From: Deferribacterales bacterium
GTDB taxonomy: Bacteria > Chrysiogenota > Deferribacteres > Deferribacterales > Geovibrionaceae
DNA length: 64,000 bases
NCBI GenBank assembly: GCA_050253335.1
Contig: JBFWJG010000004.1
Span: 1 to 64,000 of the forward strand
Reading direction: 5' to 3'
Below the pieces are notes generated by a model. The model made no database searches, had not been told where the DNA came from, and saw only the letters and a list, made by a program, of their open reading frames with translations. The position numbers and the translations under genes were made by a program. Below are positions 28,059 through 36,919 of the stretch, in pieces. Within the stretch, counting starts at the first letter, position 1. Every line of letters starts with the position of its first letter.

Positions 28059-28337
28059 ATGATGGAAGTTTTTGAAAAATGGCTTGAGAACCTTGCGGCC
28101 TCAATGACGGATGAAGAGATAAACGGGGCAATTGCGGCGCATCTGACGGCATATGACGATGACGGGAATATAGTTTATGAGCCTTCGGCAGAGGATATTG
28201 AGGCAGTGCGGTTTGAGCATTATGCCGCGCTCCGCAGGGGTTCATACGGCTCATGGCAGGAACAGCTTGATAAACAGTATGCCGGAACATGGGAAAGCCA
28301 CGTGGCGGCAGTGAAGGCGAGGTTCGGGAAAATGTAA
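28059..28337 (+). CDS. Small phage protein, tail-fibre-associated type
   Basis: C-terminal RR..Y.SW.EQLD.QY..TW..HV.AVK.RF.K resembles small proteins encoded after phage fibres. Confidence 0.55.
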   Translation: MMEVFEKWLENLAASMTDEEINGAIAAHLTAYDDDGNIVYEPSAEDIEAVRFEHYAALRRGSYGSWQEQLDKQYAGTWESHVAAVKARFGKM

Positions 28338-28396
28338 AAAGGTCGCAAAATTGGTTGAACGCTGTAGTAAACTCCCGTTCTCGTCTCTCTGTAAAT

Positions 28397-28433
28397 AAAA
28401 AAGGCCTCTGATAAAAAATCAGAGGCCTTTTTT
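28397..28433. terminator. Bidirectional intrinsic terminator between phage-like operon and tRNA
   Basis: AAAAAA-GGCCTCTGAT-AAAAA-ATCAGAGGCC-TTTTTT. Confidence 0.9.
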
Positions 28434-28436
28434 AAG

Positions 28437-28521
28437 TGCCGGGGGGGGGACTCGAACCCCCACAGGATTAACTCCCACAGGATCCTTAGTCCTGCGTGTC
28501 TACCAATTCCACCACCTCGGC
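28437..28521 (-). tRNA. tRNA-Leu, anticodon AAG
   Basis: Cloverleaf GCCGAGG-TG-GTGGAATTGGTAGACAC-G-CAGGA-CTAAGGA-TCCTG-long variable arm-GGGGG-TTCGAGT-CCCCC-CCCCGGC-A; CCA not encoded. Confidence 0.93.
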
Positions 28522-28638
28522 GAGTTATAATCTCTCAAGCGAGAACGAATTTTTATCAGCTTTATCCTTTCGTGTCAACAATAAAATTTAAAAAAAATTT
28601 CAAATGCTTAAACCGTCTTTTTTACTTACAGACTTAAC

Positions 28639-28664
28639 AAAAAACCCCGCCTGAAAAGCGGGGT
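28639..28664 (-). terminator. Terminator after the MCP gene
   Basis: Minus strand ACCCCGC-TTTTCAG-GCGGGGT followed by T tract. Confidence 0.75.
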
Positions 28665-28672
28665 CCGTGTTC

Positions 28673-30310
28673 TTATTTTTTATTCATTTTCGGAGCGAGG
28701 TGTCTGCTGTATTCCTTGTCCTCGTGCATTATATGGTTTTTCAGCCAGTCCTGCAGAAAGCTCATCAGGTTGAAGCCTATAACCTCTTTCCCTTTCTTGT
28801 AATTGTCAAGGAACTGCCCGACAGCTTCTTTCAGCTTGTCGTGGGATTTTATGTGGTTTGCGCTCTGGGGAAAGCCGTATTTCTGAAATGCTTTTTCCTC
28901 TGAGTCGAAGTGGTACACAGTGTATTCAACAAGCTCGTTCAGGGTGCGCTCAAGCATCTGTTTGCCTTTGTCCTGCCTGATAGCGTTGTAGAGGTTATTA
29001 ATGATGCTCACAAGCTTCTTGTGCTGCTCGTCGAACTGGTGAACCCCTGTTTCAAGGCTTTTTGACCATTTGATGAACTCGTCCCCGCCGGATGTTTTGA
29101 ACCCTGACACGCTCCCTGCAAGGCTTTTGGTTACATCCAGAAGGTTGCCGCCCGCTATGACCGATTCGTTGGCCATGTGAAGGATGTTTGCCGACATATC
29201 AGAGATTTCCACCGTACTGCTGGAAACTTCTCCGAGGGCGAGGTTTTCCTCCTCCATGGCGCGCACTATGCCGTTAAGCTGGCTTGTGAGCTCGTTTATG
29301 CTTTCCGATATTATATTGATTGAGTTAACCGATTCTCCGGAGAACTCTATTCCTTTCTCAACATTTTCCACACCTTCCTGAACCTTGCCGAAGACATCGT
29401 TAATCTTGTACTGAAGCTCCCTGATAACAGCGCCTATCTGCTCTGTGGAGTCTGTTGTTTTTCCGGCAAGCTTGCGCACTTCGTCCGCTACAACGGCAAA
29501 GCCTCTGCCGTGTTCGCCCGCTCTTGCCGCCTCGATTGCGGCGTTAAGGGCGAGAAGGTTGGTCTGATCCGCTATTTCCTTGATGGAAACGACAATATTC
29601 TCAATCTTTTCAGACTGCTTGAGAAATTCCTCCACCACCGCGGAGATAGAAGAGATGCTGGAGGATATGTTCTCCATGCTTTTGCGGTTGCTGTTTATAA
29701 CGCTGATGCCGGACTTAACTCTCGCACTGCAGTCCTCAACAAGCTCGAATGAGACCTTGCATGTGGAGAGAACGCTCTGCCCTGTTGAGGTGAGCTCTTC
29801 CGCCGCGCTTGAAACATTATTTACGTTGTCATTGATTATATTTATCTGCCCGTTCACTTCGGAGTTTACTGATGAGAGGTTGTCTGCGAGGCTTCTTATG
29901 TTGTTTGCCGCATGGTAAAACTCTGAAATTGTGTTATCGAGTTTATCCAGAAGCTCATTGAGCCCGCCGCCCAGCTCCTTCATCTCCCCCTGACATTCAG
30001 AAAGAGCGACTCTCTTTGTGAAATCCCCGCCGAGAGCGGCTTTCAGCGTGCCGGCGAATTCCCTCACACCGCTGCTTACTCTTCTGAACGCAGTAAAGGG
30101 TATTACAAATGCGAGAACAATAGAGGTGAATATGCATATAAGTGAAATGGTGAGGCCGGTGGAGGCGAGCTCCATTGCCCTTTCCGTTCCCTCTCCGCCG
30201 GGCATTATCTGCCTGAAGAAAAAATAGTTTTTGATGCCTACGAATCCTGCCGCTATGCCGGGTACGGCGGCAGCGATAATGAAAATGACGTGTTTTAATG
30301 AAAGGCGCAT
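28673..30310 (-). CDS. Methyl-accepting chemotaxis protein with C-terminal bacteriohemerythrin domain
   Basis: Two [43 protein letters not shown]; hemerythrin D.QH, HF..EE, H...H, WL.NHI...D. Confidence 0.95.
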   Translation of the reverse strand: MRLSLKHVIFIIAAAVPGIAAGFVGIKNYFFFRQIMPGGEGTERAMELASTGLTISLICIFTSIVLAFVIPFTAFRRVSSGVREFAGTLKAALGGDFTKRVALSECQGEMKELGGGLNELLDKLDNTISEFYHAANNIRSLADNLSSVNSEVNGQINIINDNVNNVSSAAEELTSTGQSVLSTCKVSFELVEDCSARVKSGISVINSNRKSMENISSSISSISAVVEEFLKQSEKIENIVVSIKEIADQTNLLALNAAIEAARAGEHGRGFAVVADEVRKLAGKTTDSTEQIGAVIRELQYKINDVFGKVQEGVENVEKGIEFSGESVNSINIISESINELTSQLNGIVRAMEEENLALGEVSSSTVEISDMSANILHMANESVIAGGNLLDVTKSLAGSVSGFKTSGGDEFIKWSKSLETGVHQFDEQHKKLVSIINNLYNAIRQDKGKQMLERTLNELVEYTVYHFDSEEKAFQKYGFPQSANHIKSHDKLKEAVGQFLDNYKKGKEVIGFNLMSFLQDWLKNHIMHEDKEYSRHLAPKMNKK

Positions 30311-30508
30311 AAGATTGACCCCCGAATAATCTGCAGGCCTGAATAATGACAGTCTGTTCAGATTTTTCTACAGCGTTTAAAAAGACAAATTAATATTGAA
30401 GCCAGGGCAGCCCGCACAGCGCAAACCGCTGGTGCGCTGTGCTAAAACCCCTAATCCTATCAGGATTATATATATAACTTAAATTGTTATGCCTAATTGT
30501 AATCTTTG

Positions 30509-31561
30509 TCAATTGAAAAAAGCTGCAAACTGCTCCGCAAAGTCAATATAATCATAGCTTTTACTGTAAATTTTGTAATCTCTTATACGGTTTTTGATCG
30601 ACTGAACATCGCCTGCTTTGAAAATATTTGAGGGAGGGATGATCTCGGGGATTACGCCGACATCGGAACCAATTACAGGGATTCCGCAGGAGAGCATCTC
30701 CATTCCGACACGGCAGACAGCTTCGGAACCGAGGGAGGGTATGACCCCCAGATCCATGGCGCAGATTACTTCAGACACATCGTCTCTTTTGCCGGTGACG
30801 GCTGTTATGTCTCGTATTCCTCTGTCTTCCAGCATTATTTTGATATCTGATTCGCTCATTCGGGCATCAACACCCGCGACTATGAGGCGCAGATTGTCCA
30901 TCCCTTCCTTTCTGAGTTCGCTCACTGCGCGGAACAGGGATTCATGCCCTTTAACCGTGTCGTATCTGCCGAGAATTCCCAGAACAAAATCGTTGTCCTT
31001 AAAACCGAATTCGCTCCTGACTCTCTGTCTGCCTTCCTGAGTGCAGGTGAAACGTTCTGTTTCAACTCCGCCGTAGAGGGTGACAGCTTTGGTGGGGCTG
31101 AGTTTGAGATTACCCAGATAAAACCTGCGCATGGCTTCCGACGAGGTTACCACCTTGTCCACTGCGTTGTGGTAAAGCCAGCGGGAGAGGGCATCCGCCT
31201 TGGGGGGTCTGCGGTCGCCCCTCACCCTGACCAGCTTCCACTTCGGTTTTTCCCAGAAACGTATATGGGTGAAGTAGAAGAAAAACTCACCTCTGTGGCA
31301 GACAACCACATCGGGCTTAAATTCCTTGACAGCTTTTTTGAATACCGATGCGGAAAGAGCCATTTTCAGGGGGTTCAGGCTGTTCAGTTCCGCTTCGTAG
31401 GTCTGAAGTCCCGCCTCTCTTGCCTTGATGACGGGAGGCGTGCCGGGCAGGCCGAGCACTGCTGTTTTGTGCCCAAGAGCCTCAAGCCCGAGAGAAAGCA
31501 TGTGGGCGTACCACGCGGTGGCGTTGTACCACCTCACATTTATGACGTTCAGAACCTTCAT
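30509..31561 (-). CDS. Glycosyltransferase family 4
   Basis: GT-B pattern GR....KG, SE.......E....G.PV..SDVG..PE. Confidence 0.88.
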   Translation of the reverse strand: MKVLNVINVRWYNATAWYAHMLSLGLEALGHKTAVLGLPGTPPVIKAREAGLQTYEAELNSLNPLKMALSASVFKKAVKEFKPDVVVCHRGEFFFYFTHIRFWEKPKWKLVRVRGDRRPPKADALSRWLYHNAVDKVVTSSEAMRRFYLGNLKLSPTKAVTLYGGVETERFTCTQEGRQRVRSEFGFKDNDFVLGILGRYDTVKGHESLFRAVSELRKEGMDNLRLIVAGVDARMSESDIKIMLEDRGIRDITAVTGKRDDVSEVICAMDLGVIPSLGSEAVCRVGMEMLSCGIPVIGSDVGVIPEIIPPSNIFKAGDVQSIKNRIRDYKIYSKSYDYIDFAEQFAAFFN

Positions 31562-31576
31562 GAGCCGTGCTTTTCC

Positions 31577-32713
31577 TTAATCCTGCTGATACCTGAGATA
31601 TGCCGGAATATCAAATTCCTCTTCCTTTGCATCGCTTACTGTTTTGAGAGAATGGTCTCTCTCGGTTATTTTCGCCACTTTCTCCTTAAAGCTGGAGACA
31701 TGTTTGGGCTGTTTATTCAGAAAGCTTTCGAGATCGGGGCTCTTGGCCTGTTTCTTTTCCTTTTTGCCGAGACCTGTGGCGACAACGGTAACTCTGATGG
31801 AGCCGTTGAAGTTGGGGTCTATGACCACGCCTTCGTAAATGTTGGCGTTGTCTCCTGCGCAGTCATGTATTTTGGTGGCGATGTTCTGCACCTCATGCAT
31901 TTTAAGATCTCTGCCGCAGGCTATGTTCACAAGCAGACCTTCCGCTCCGTTTATGCTGATATCAGCGAGAAGGGGAGATTTAAGCGCGCGTTCCGCCGCC
32001 TCGATATCCCTGTTTTCGCCGGAGGCTTCGCCGATTCCCATGAGAGCCATGCCTTTAGACTCCATGATTGAGCGTATGTCCGCGAAATCCACGTTGATAT
32101 AGCCGTTTCCGTTGATGGAGTCGCTGATACCCTGAACGCCCTGTCTGAGAACATCGTCAGCCATTCTGAACGCGTCCTCGAAGAGAGTGTTGTCCTTGCA
32201 TTCCGCAGTGATTCTGTCGTTGGGAACCACAATGTAGGTATCAACGTGATTTTTCAGAAACTCCAGGCCCTGCTCGGCGTTGCTGTTTCTCTTTTTTCCT
32301 TCCCATGAGAAGGGTTTGGAAACAACAGCCACTGTGAGCGCACCGAGTTCCTTCGCCACGCTGGCGATAACCGGAGCTGCGCCCGTGCCTGTTCCGCCGC
32401 CCATTCCGGCGGCTATGAATACAAGATCTGCTCCTCTGAGCTGAGCTTCTATAGCCTCTAAATCCTCAATGGCGGCTTTTTTCCCCTGTTCGGGTATTCC
32501 GCCTGCGCCGAGCCCTTTGGTCAGCGTTGTACCGAGCTGGATTTTGTTCGGAGCTTTATTGCTGCGCAGCGCCTGCTGGTCAGTGTTTGCCGCGATAAAT
32601 TCCACGCCTTCGATACCGTGTTCGATCATGTTGTTGATTGCGTTTCCGCCTGCTCCGCCGACGCCGATCACTTTGATGCACGCGCCCTGCTTGACATCTA
32701 CGAATTCAAACAT
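31577..32713 (-). CDS. ftsZ: Cell division protein FtsZ
   Basis: [16 protein letters not shown]-terminal DIPAYLR. Confidence 0.99.
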   Translation of the reverse strand: MFEFVDVKQGACIKVIGVGGAGGNAINNMIEHGIEGVEFIAANTDQQALRSNKAPNKIQLGTTLTKGLGAGGIPEQGKKAAIEDLEAIEAQLRGADLVFIAAGMGGGTGTGAAPVIASVAKELGALTVAVVSKPFSWEGKKRNSNAEQGLEFLKNHVDTYIVVPNDRITAECKDNTLFEDAFRMADDVLRQGVQGISDSINGNGYINVDFADIRSIMESKGMALMGIGEASGENRDIEAAERALKSPLLADISINGAEGLLVNIACGRDLKMHEVQNIATKIHDCAGDNANIYEGVVIDPNFNGSIRVTVVATGLGKKEKKQAKSPDLESFLNKQPKHVSSFKEKVAKITERDHSLKTVSDAKEEEFDIPAYLRYQQD

Positions 32714-32731
32714 ACAAACCCCCTGATATGC

Positions 32732-33967
32732 TTAAAAGAACTCTTTTAACCATCCTTTCATTCTTTGAAAAATACTTCCGAAAACCTTTTCCTCGCTGCC
32801 TCTTGAAAGCTTGGCGCCCGCCTTCCCTTTTCTGGTGGCGTATATGGCAAGCCCAACGGCAGTGGCATATCTCGGGTCTGAAACCAGATCCGTGAGTCCG
32901 CCTATATTTGTGGGTCTTCCGACCCTTACCGGCGTATTGAAAACATTCGTGGCAAGCTCTTCGATCCCTTCGAAGTTGCTTAAACCGCCCGTAACCACTA
33001 TTCCCGCGCCCATGAGCTCAAGGAGCTTGTGCTTCTGGAGTTCGCCCTTGAACATCTGGAAGATCTCCTCGCCTCTGGCCTGAAGAATCTGCGTGAGGAC
33101 GGGTTTGCTTATCTTGCGTGGAGGTCTGCCGCCCACTGTGGTAACGTTTACCATTTCATCATCGGACACCATGGGCATCCACACGCATCCGTGCTTGATC
33201 TTGAGCCTTTCGGCTTCTGATTCCGGCGTGCTCAGACCAATGGAGAGATCCTTGGTGAAGTGGTTGCCGCCTATCTGGAGGATTGCGGTGTGGTATACCG
33301 CTCCCTGCTTGTAGACTGCCATGTCGCAGGTTCCGCCGCCTCCGTCAATGAGGCAGACGCCTATCTCCATTTCGTCCTCGTTGAGGACAGCCTTTGCGGA
33401 GGCGAACTGCTCAAGTATTATATCATCAACCACCAGTCCTGCCTTTTCGCAGCATTTTACAATGTTGGTGGCGGAAGAAACCTGTCCGGTGACAATGTGC
33501 ACATCCACTTCAAGCCTGACGCCGCTCATGCCCACCGGATATTTTATTTCTGTCTGGCCGTCCAGTATGTACTGCTGAGGGATGACATCCAGTATCTCCT
33601 CGCCGAGCTGCATATTGTAAGCGGAGGCGGACTCTATGACCCTGTCCACATCCTGCTGGGTGACTTCCTTGTTTTTTACCGCGATCGTGCCTCTGGTGTT
33701 GAAGCTTTTTATATGTCCGCTGGCAAGGCCTGCGGTAACGCTTTTGATCTCAACGCCGGACATTCTTTCAGCCTCTTCCTTGGCTTTCTGAATGCAGGCC
33801 ACGGTCTCTTCTATATTGACGACCACGCCTTTGCGGACGCCTTTTGAGGGAACACTGCTAATACCCAGAATGTCTATACTTCTGTCAGCGTTCTTTCTGG
33901 CAACGACAATGCAGACTTTTGTCGTTCCAAGGTCAAGTCCGACATAAATATTGTTATCCTGAGACAT
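32732..33967 (-). CDS. ftsA: Cell division protein FtsA
   Basis: GLDLGTTK, P.GMSGVRLE, YATAVGL. Confidence 0.98.
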   Translation of the reverse strand: MSQDNNIYVGLDLGTTKVCIVVARKNADRSIDILGISSVPSKGVRKGVVVNIEETVACIQKAKEEAERMSGVEIKSVTAGLASGHIKSFNTRGTIAVKNKEVTQQDVDRVIESASAYNMQLGEEILDVIPQQYILDGQTEIKYPVGMSGVRLEVDVHIVTGQVSSATNIVKCCEKAGLVVDDIILEQFASAKAVLNEDEMEIGVCLIDGGGGTCDMAVYKQGAVYHTAILQIGGNHFTKDLSIGLSTPESEAERLKIKHGCVWMPMVSDDEMVNVTTVGGRPPRKISKPVLTQILQARGEEIFQMFKGELQKHKLLELMGAGIVVTGGLSNFEGIEELATNVFNTPVRVGRPTNIGGLTDLVSDPRYATAVGLAIYATRKGKAGAKLSRGSEEKVFGSIFQRMKGWLKEFF

Positions 33968-34643
33968 TTTTCACCCCGTTCACGTATATTTTTCCGCGCA
34001 GCCTCATGTCGACATAGTCCACCCGGGCGTATCTGCCGCTTATCCTGCTGTTGTAAATCCTGAACATATCGGTTATGCCTTCGTCATAGCCGCATTTGTA
34101 CAGAACTCCGTCCACCACAAGCTCAAAGTGCATGGGTTTAAGCAGGGCACGGCTGCCGTGTATTTCCGGTGTCTTGTCGTATATTTTAAGGAAACTGACC
34201 AGCTGCTCTTTCTCTGTTCCCTTGTACATTACAGTTTCGCTTCCGGAACATTTGTCCGGTATGAGCGTGCCGCTCGCCGCCGCTATGAAGCATTCTTTTC
34301 CTATCCGCACGGGAGCGATGGGTCTTTCTTCAAAAATTATGACCTTTACCGTATCGGGGAAGATCTTTTTGATTTCTATTTTCTCAACCCATATGTCATC
34401 TATACGGGGAAGCTTTTTTTCTTCGAGTTCAAACATATTTCTTCCGGCAAGGGCTCTGGCGAAAGTGTCCACCTTTTCCCTGTCGGTGCGGATAACACCC
34501 TGAACGTTTACGGTTTTCACGAGGAAATATTTGCTTCCTCCTGTCATTTTGACGACTCCCGCCGCTGCCCAGACGACACCGCCTGTCAGAATTGCAAAAA
34601 CCGCCGCAATAAGGGCTGCCTTGAGAAAACCGCTCTTTTTCAT
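33954..34643 (-). CDS. ftsQ: Cell division protein FtsQ/DivIB
   Basis: TM plus POTRA (WV....IKK.FPD.V.....EE.P), YVDMR; between ddl and ftsA. Confidence 0.85.
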   Translation of the reverse strand: MKKSGFLKAALIAAVFAILTGGVVWAAAGVVKMTGGSKYFLVKTVNVQGVIRTDREKVDTFARALAGRNMFELEEKKLPRIDDIWVEKIEIKKIFPDTVKVIIFEERPIAPVRIGKECFIAAASGTLIPDKCSGSETVMYKGTEKEQLVSFLKIYDKTPEIHGSRALLKPMHFELVVDGVLYKCGYDEGITDMFRIYNSRISGRYARVDYVDMRLRGKIYVNGVKNVSG

Positions 34644-34647
34644 AGTA

Positions 34648-35535
34648 TTACCTCAGCGCATCGCCTATCATAGCCGTTACGAGTTCGGGAAAGCTTATTC
34701 CCGTTTTTGCCGCCGCCTGAGGAAGAAGGCTTGTCTCCGTGAGGCCGGGGAGGGTGTTAATCTCCAGAACCCACGGTGTTCTGCCGTCGTACATTATGTC
34801 CACTCTTCCGTACGAGGCACATCCCAGACTCTCAAAAGCCTGCAAAGCAGTGCTTTTTATCAGTCTGTCCTCGTCTTCGGTCAGCTCAGTTTCAAATACA
34901 TACTCGGTTGCCCCTTTGGTGTATTTGGACTGATAGTCGTAAAAACCTGATTTAGGTCTTATCCATATTATCGGCAATACTTTAGAAGACAATATGCCTA
35001 TTGTTAGTTCTTTTCCGTTTATGAAGCGTTCGGCTATTACTCTTTCGTCATATTCAAACGCCTCTTTTTTCCCTTTTTCAAACTCTTCTTCTGTTCTAGC
35101 AACTGTAATGCCTATGGTTGAGCCCTGTCGGCACGGCTTTATCACGCAGGGGAGAAAGGGAGCTTTTGTATCTCTCGTGAGCTGAGCATATTCGGGCGTG
35201 GGCACATTGTTCAGCGCGAAGATCACCTTGCTCAGGAGCTTGTCGAAGGCGATTGTGCTTGACTGGCTGTCTGAGCCTGTGCAGGGGATGTTCATGAGCT
35301 CAAGCATCCCCTGAATGCGTCCGTCCTCGCCGAATGTTCCGTGGAGGCTGTTGAAGCAGACATCAGGCCTGAGTTCAAGCAGACGCGCGGGCAGGTCGTG
35401 TCCTGCGTCAATGAGAGTCACATCAGTGAATCCCGCTTCCTGCAATGCCTTCGCCGCCGCTGATCCGCTTCTTAGTGAAACTTCCCTTTCCGCGGACAGT
35501 CCGCCGTAGAGCACGGCGATTTTTTTATTTTTCAT
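34648..35535 (-). CDS. ddl: D-alanine--D-alanine ligase
   Basis: GG.SAEREVSL.SG, LHG..GEDG, YDY..KY, LEINTLPG. Confidence 0.97.
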   Translation of the reverse strand: MKNKKIAVLYGGLSAEREVSLRSGSAAAKALQEAGFTDVTLIDAGHDLPARLLELRPDVCFNSLHGTFGEDGRIQGMLELMNIPCTGSDSQSSTIAFDKLLSKVIFALNNVPTPEYAQLTRDTKAPFLPCVIKPCRQGSTIGITVARTEEEFEKGKKEAFEYDERVIAERFINGKELTIGILSSKVLPIIWIRPKSGFYDYQSKYTKGATEYVFETELTEDEDRLIKSTALQAFESLGCASYGRVDIMYDGRTPWVLEINTLPGLTETSLLPQAAAKTGISFPELVTAMIGDALR

Positions 35536-36919
35536 GCTTCTGCTCCAGCCATGCGGCAAGCTCCCCTGAAAATCTGGTTATGCTTCCCGCCCCCTGAGTG
35601 AGTATGAGGCTGTTGTCGCAGCCTGATTCCTCAAGGTATCTGTAAATATCATCGAAGGAGGGGAGATAGTGCACATCTTTGAAGCCTCTCTCCTTTATCT
35701 CCTTCACAAGCGTCTGAGCGGTTATGCCCTCTATGGGCTCCTCGCTGGCGGCGTATATATCTGTTATGAAGAGCCTGTCCGCATCGAAGAAGCATGTGGA
35801 AAACTCATTCATAAGCGTCTGCGTTCTGGAATACCTGTGCGGCTGGAAGACAACAACAATCCTCCTGCTGCCGTATGCCTCCCTGATGGCCTTCAGGGTG
35901 GTTTTTATCTCTGTCGGGTGGTGGCCGTAGTCGTCAAGCACCGTACAGCAGTTGCTGTCATAGCGTACGGTGAGCCTTCTCTGCACACCCTCGAATTCCT
36001 CAAGAGCCTTCTTGCACACACGGAAGGGTATATCAAACTCCGCCGCCACGGCGATTGCCGCCAGAGCGTTCTGCACGTTGTGCTCGCCGGGGAAGTTCAG
36101 GTTGATTCTTCCCATGTTTTTGCCGTTTATCACCACGCCGAAGGAAACGGCGAATCCGTGCTTTTCGATATCCGCGCTGTGCACGTCCGCCTGAGCGGAG
36201 AGGCCGTATGTCACGAAGCGGCGGTCAATGCGTTTTATGAGCTCCGCAGTGTTAGCATCATCCAGACAAAGAACGTTCAGACCGTAGAAAGGCACTCTGG
36301 AAGCGAAGTCGCGGAAGCTGTCCTTAACCTCGTCCATTGTGGCGTAGGTGTCCGTGTGTTCGAAATCTATGTTGGTGATCACCGCCACTGTGGGCTGAAG
36401 CATGAGGAAGCTTTTGTCGGATTCGTCCGCTTCTGCGATCATTATATTGCTGTTCCCTTTGAGGGCGTTGGAGTCCCTTCTGTTGAGTATGCCGCCCACA
36501 ACCACGGTGGGGTCAAGCTCGGCCTTATTGAAGATTTCCGCAACCATTGATGTTGTTGTGGTTTTGCCGTGACTGCCCGCAATCGCTATGGAATATTTCA
36601 TCCTCATGAGCTCAGCCAGCATCTCGCCCCGTTTTATCACTGGGATGAAATTATCTCTGGCGTATATAAGTTCGGGGTTGCTGCTTTTCACCGCGGAGGA
36701 ATATACAACAGCGTCCGCACCGACGGCGTTTTCCGCCAGATGTCCCACGAACACTTTTATCCCCATGGCGCGGAGGCGTTTGCAGTTTGCGCTGTCCGCT
36801 ATGTCCGAGCCTGTTATCTTAAAGCCCATGGAGTGGAGGATTTCGGCAAGACCGCTCATGCCGATTCCGCCTATACCTACAAAATGTATATTCCGTACTT
36901 TCCCGAATACCTCAGTCAA
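35525..36919 (-). CDS. murC: UDP-N-acetylmuramate--L-alanine ligase
   Basis: GIGGIGMSG, GSHGKTTT, EADESD, DDYGHHPTE, FQPHRYSR. Confidence 0.98.
   Translation of the reverse strand: MTEVFGKVRNIHFVGIGGIGMSGLAEILHSMGFKITGSDIADSANCKRLRAMGIKVFVGHLAENAVGADAVVYSSAVKSSNPELIYARDNFIPVIKRGEMLAELMRMKYSIAIAGSHGKTTTTSMVAEIFNKAELDPTVVVGGILNRRDSNALKGNSNIMIAEADESDKSFLMLQPTVAVITNIDFEHTDTYATMDEVKDSFRDFASRVPFYGLNVLCLDDANTAELIKRIDRRFVTYGLSAQADVHSADIEKHGFAVSFGVVINGKNMGRINLNFPGEHNVQNALAAIAVAAEFDIPFRVCKKALEEFEGVQRRLTVRYDSNCCTVLDDYGHHPTEIKTTLKAIREAYGSRRIVVVFQPHRYSRTQTLMNEFSTCFFDADRLFITDIYAASEEPIEGITAQTLVKEIKERGFKDVHYLPSFDDIYRYLEESGCDNSLILTQGAGSITRFSGELAAWLEQKHEK

Larger units (their letters stand above)
16632..28337 (+). 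mobile_element. Phage-derived (Mu-like head plus tail-tip plus lysis) gene cluster lacking packaging, integration and replication genes; GTA-like element or cryptic prophage
   Basis: 17 co-oriented, tightly packed ORFs in virion-gene order ending at a bidirectional terminator next to tRNA-Leu. Confidence 0.85.

Noticed and set aside
16632..28337. Contractile tailocin/eCIS, encapsulin or cf-PICI
   Set aside because: No sheath or tube gene; the capsid sits with Mu-like protease, connectors and lysis genes rather than cargo enzymes; no integrase, primase or terminase.
16470..28440. Complete inducible prophage integrated at tRNA-Leu
   Set aside because: No integrase/transposase, repressor, replication, terminase or portal recognised, and no duplicated tRNA 3' end found at the left boundary by eye.
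30311..30508. c-di-GMP riboswitch before the MCP gene
   Set aside because: GEMM-I/II consensus elements not found on the coding strand.
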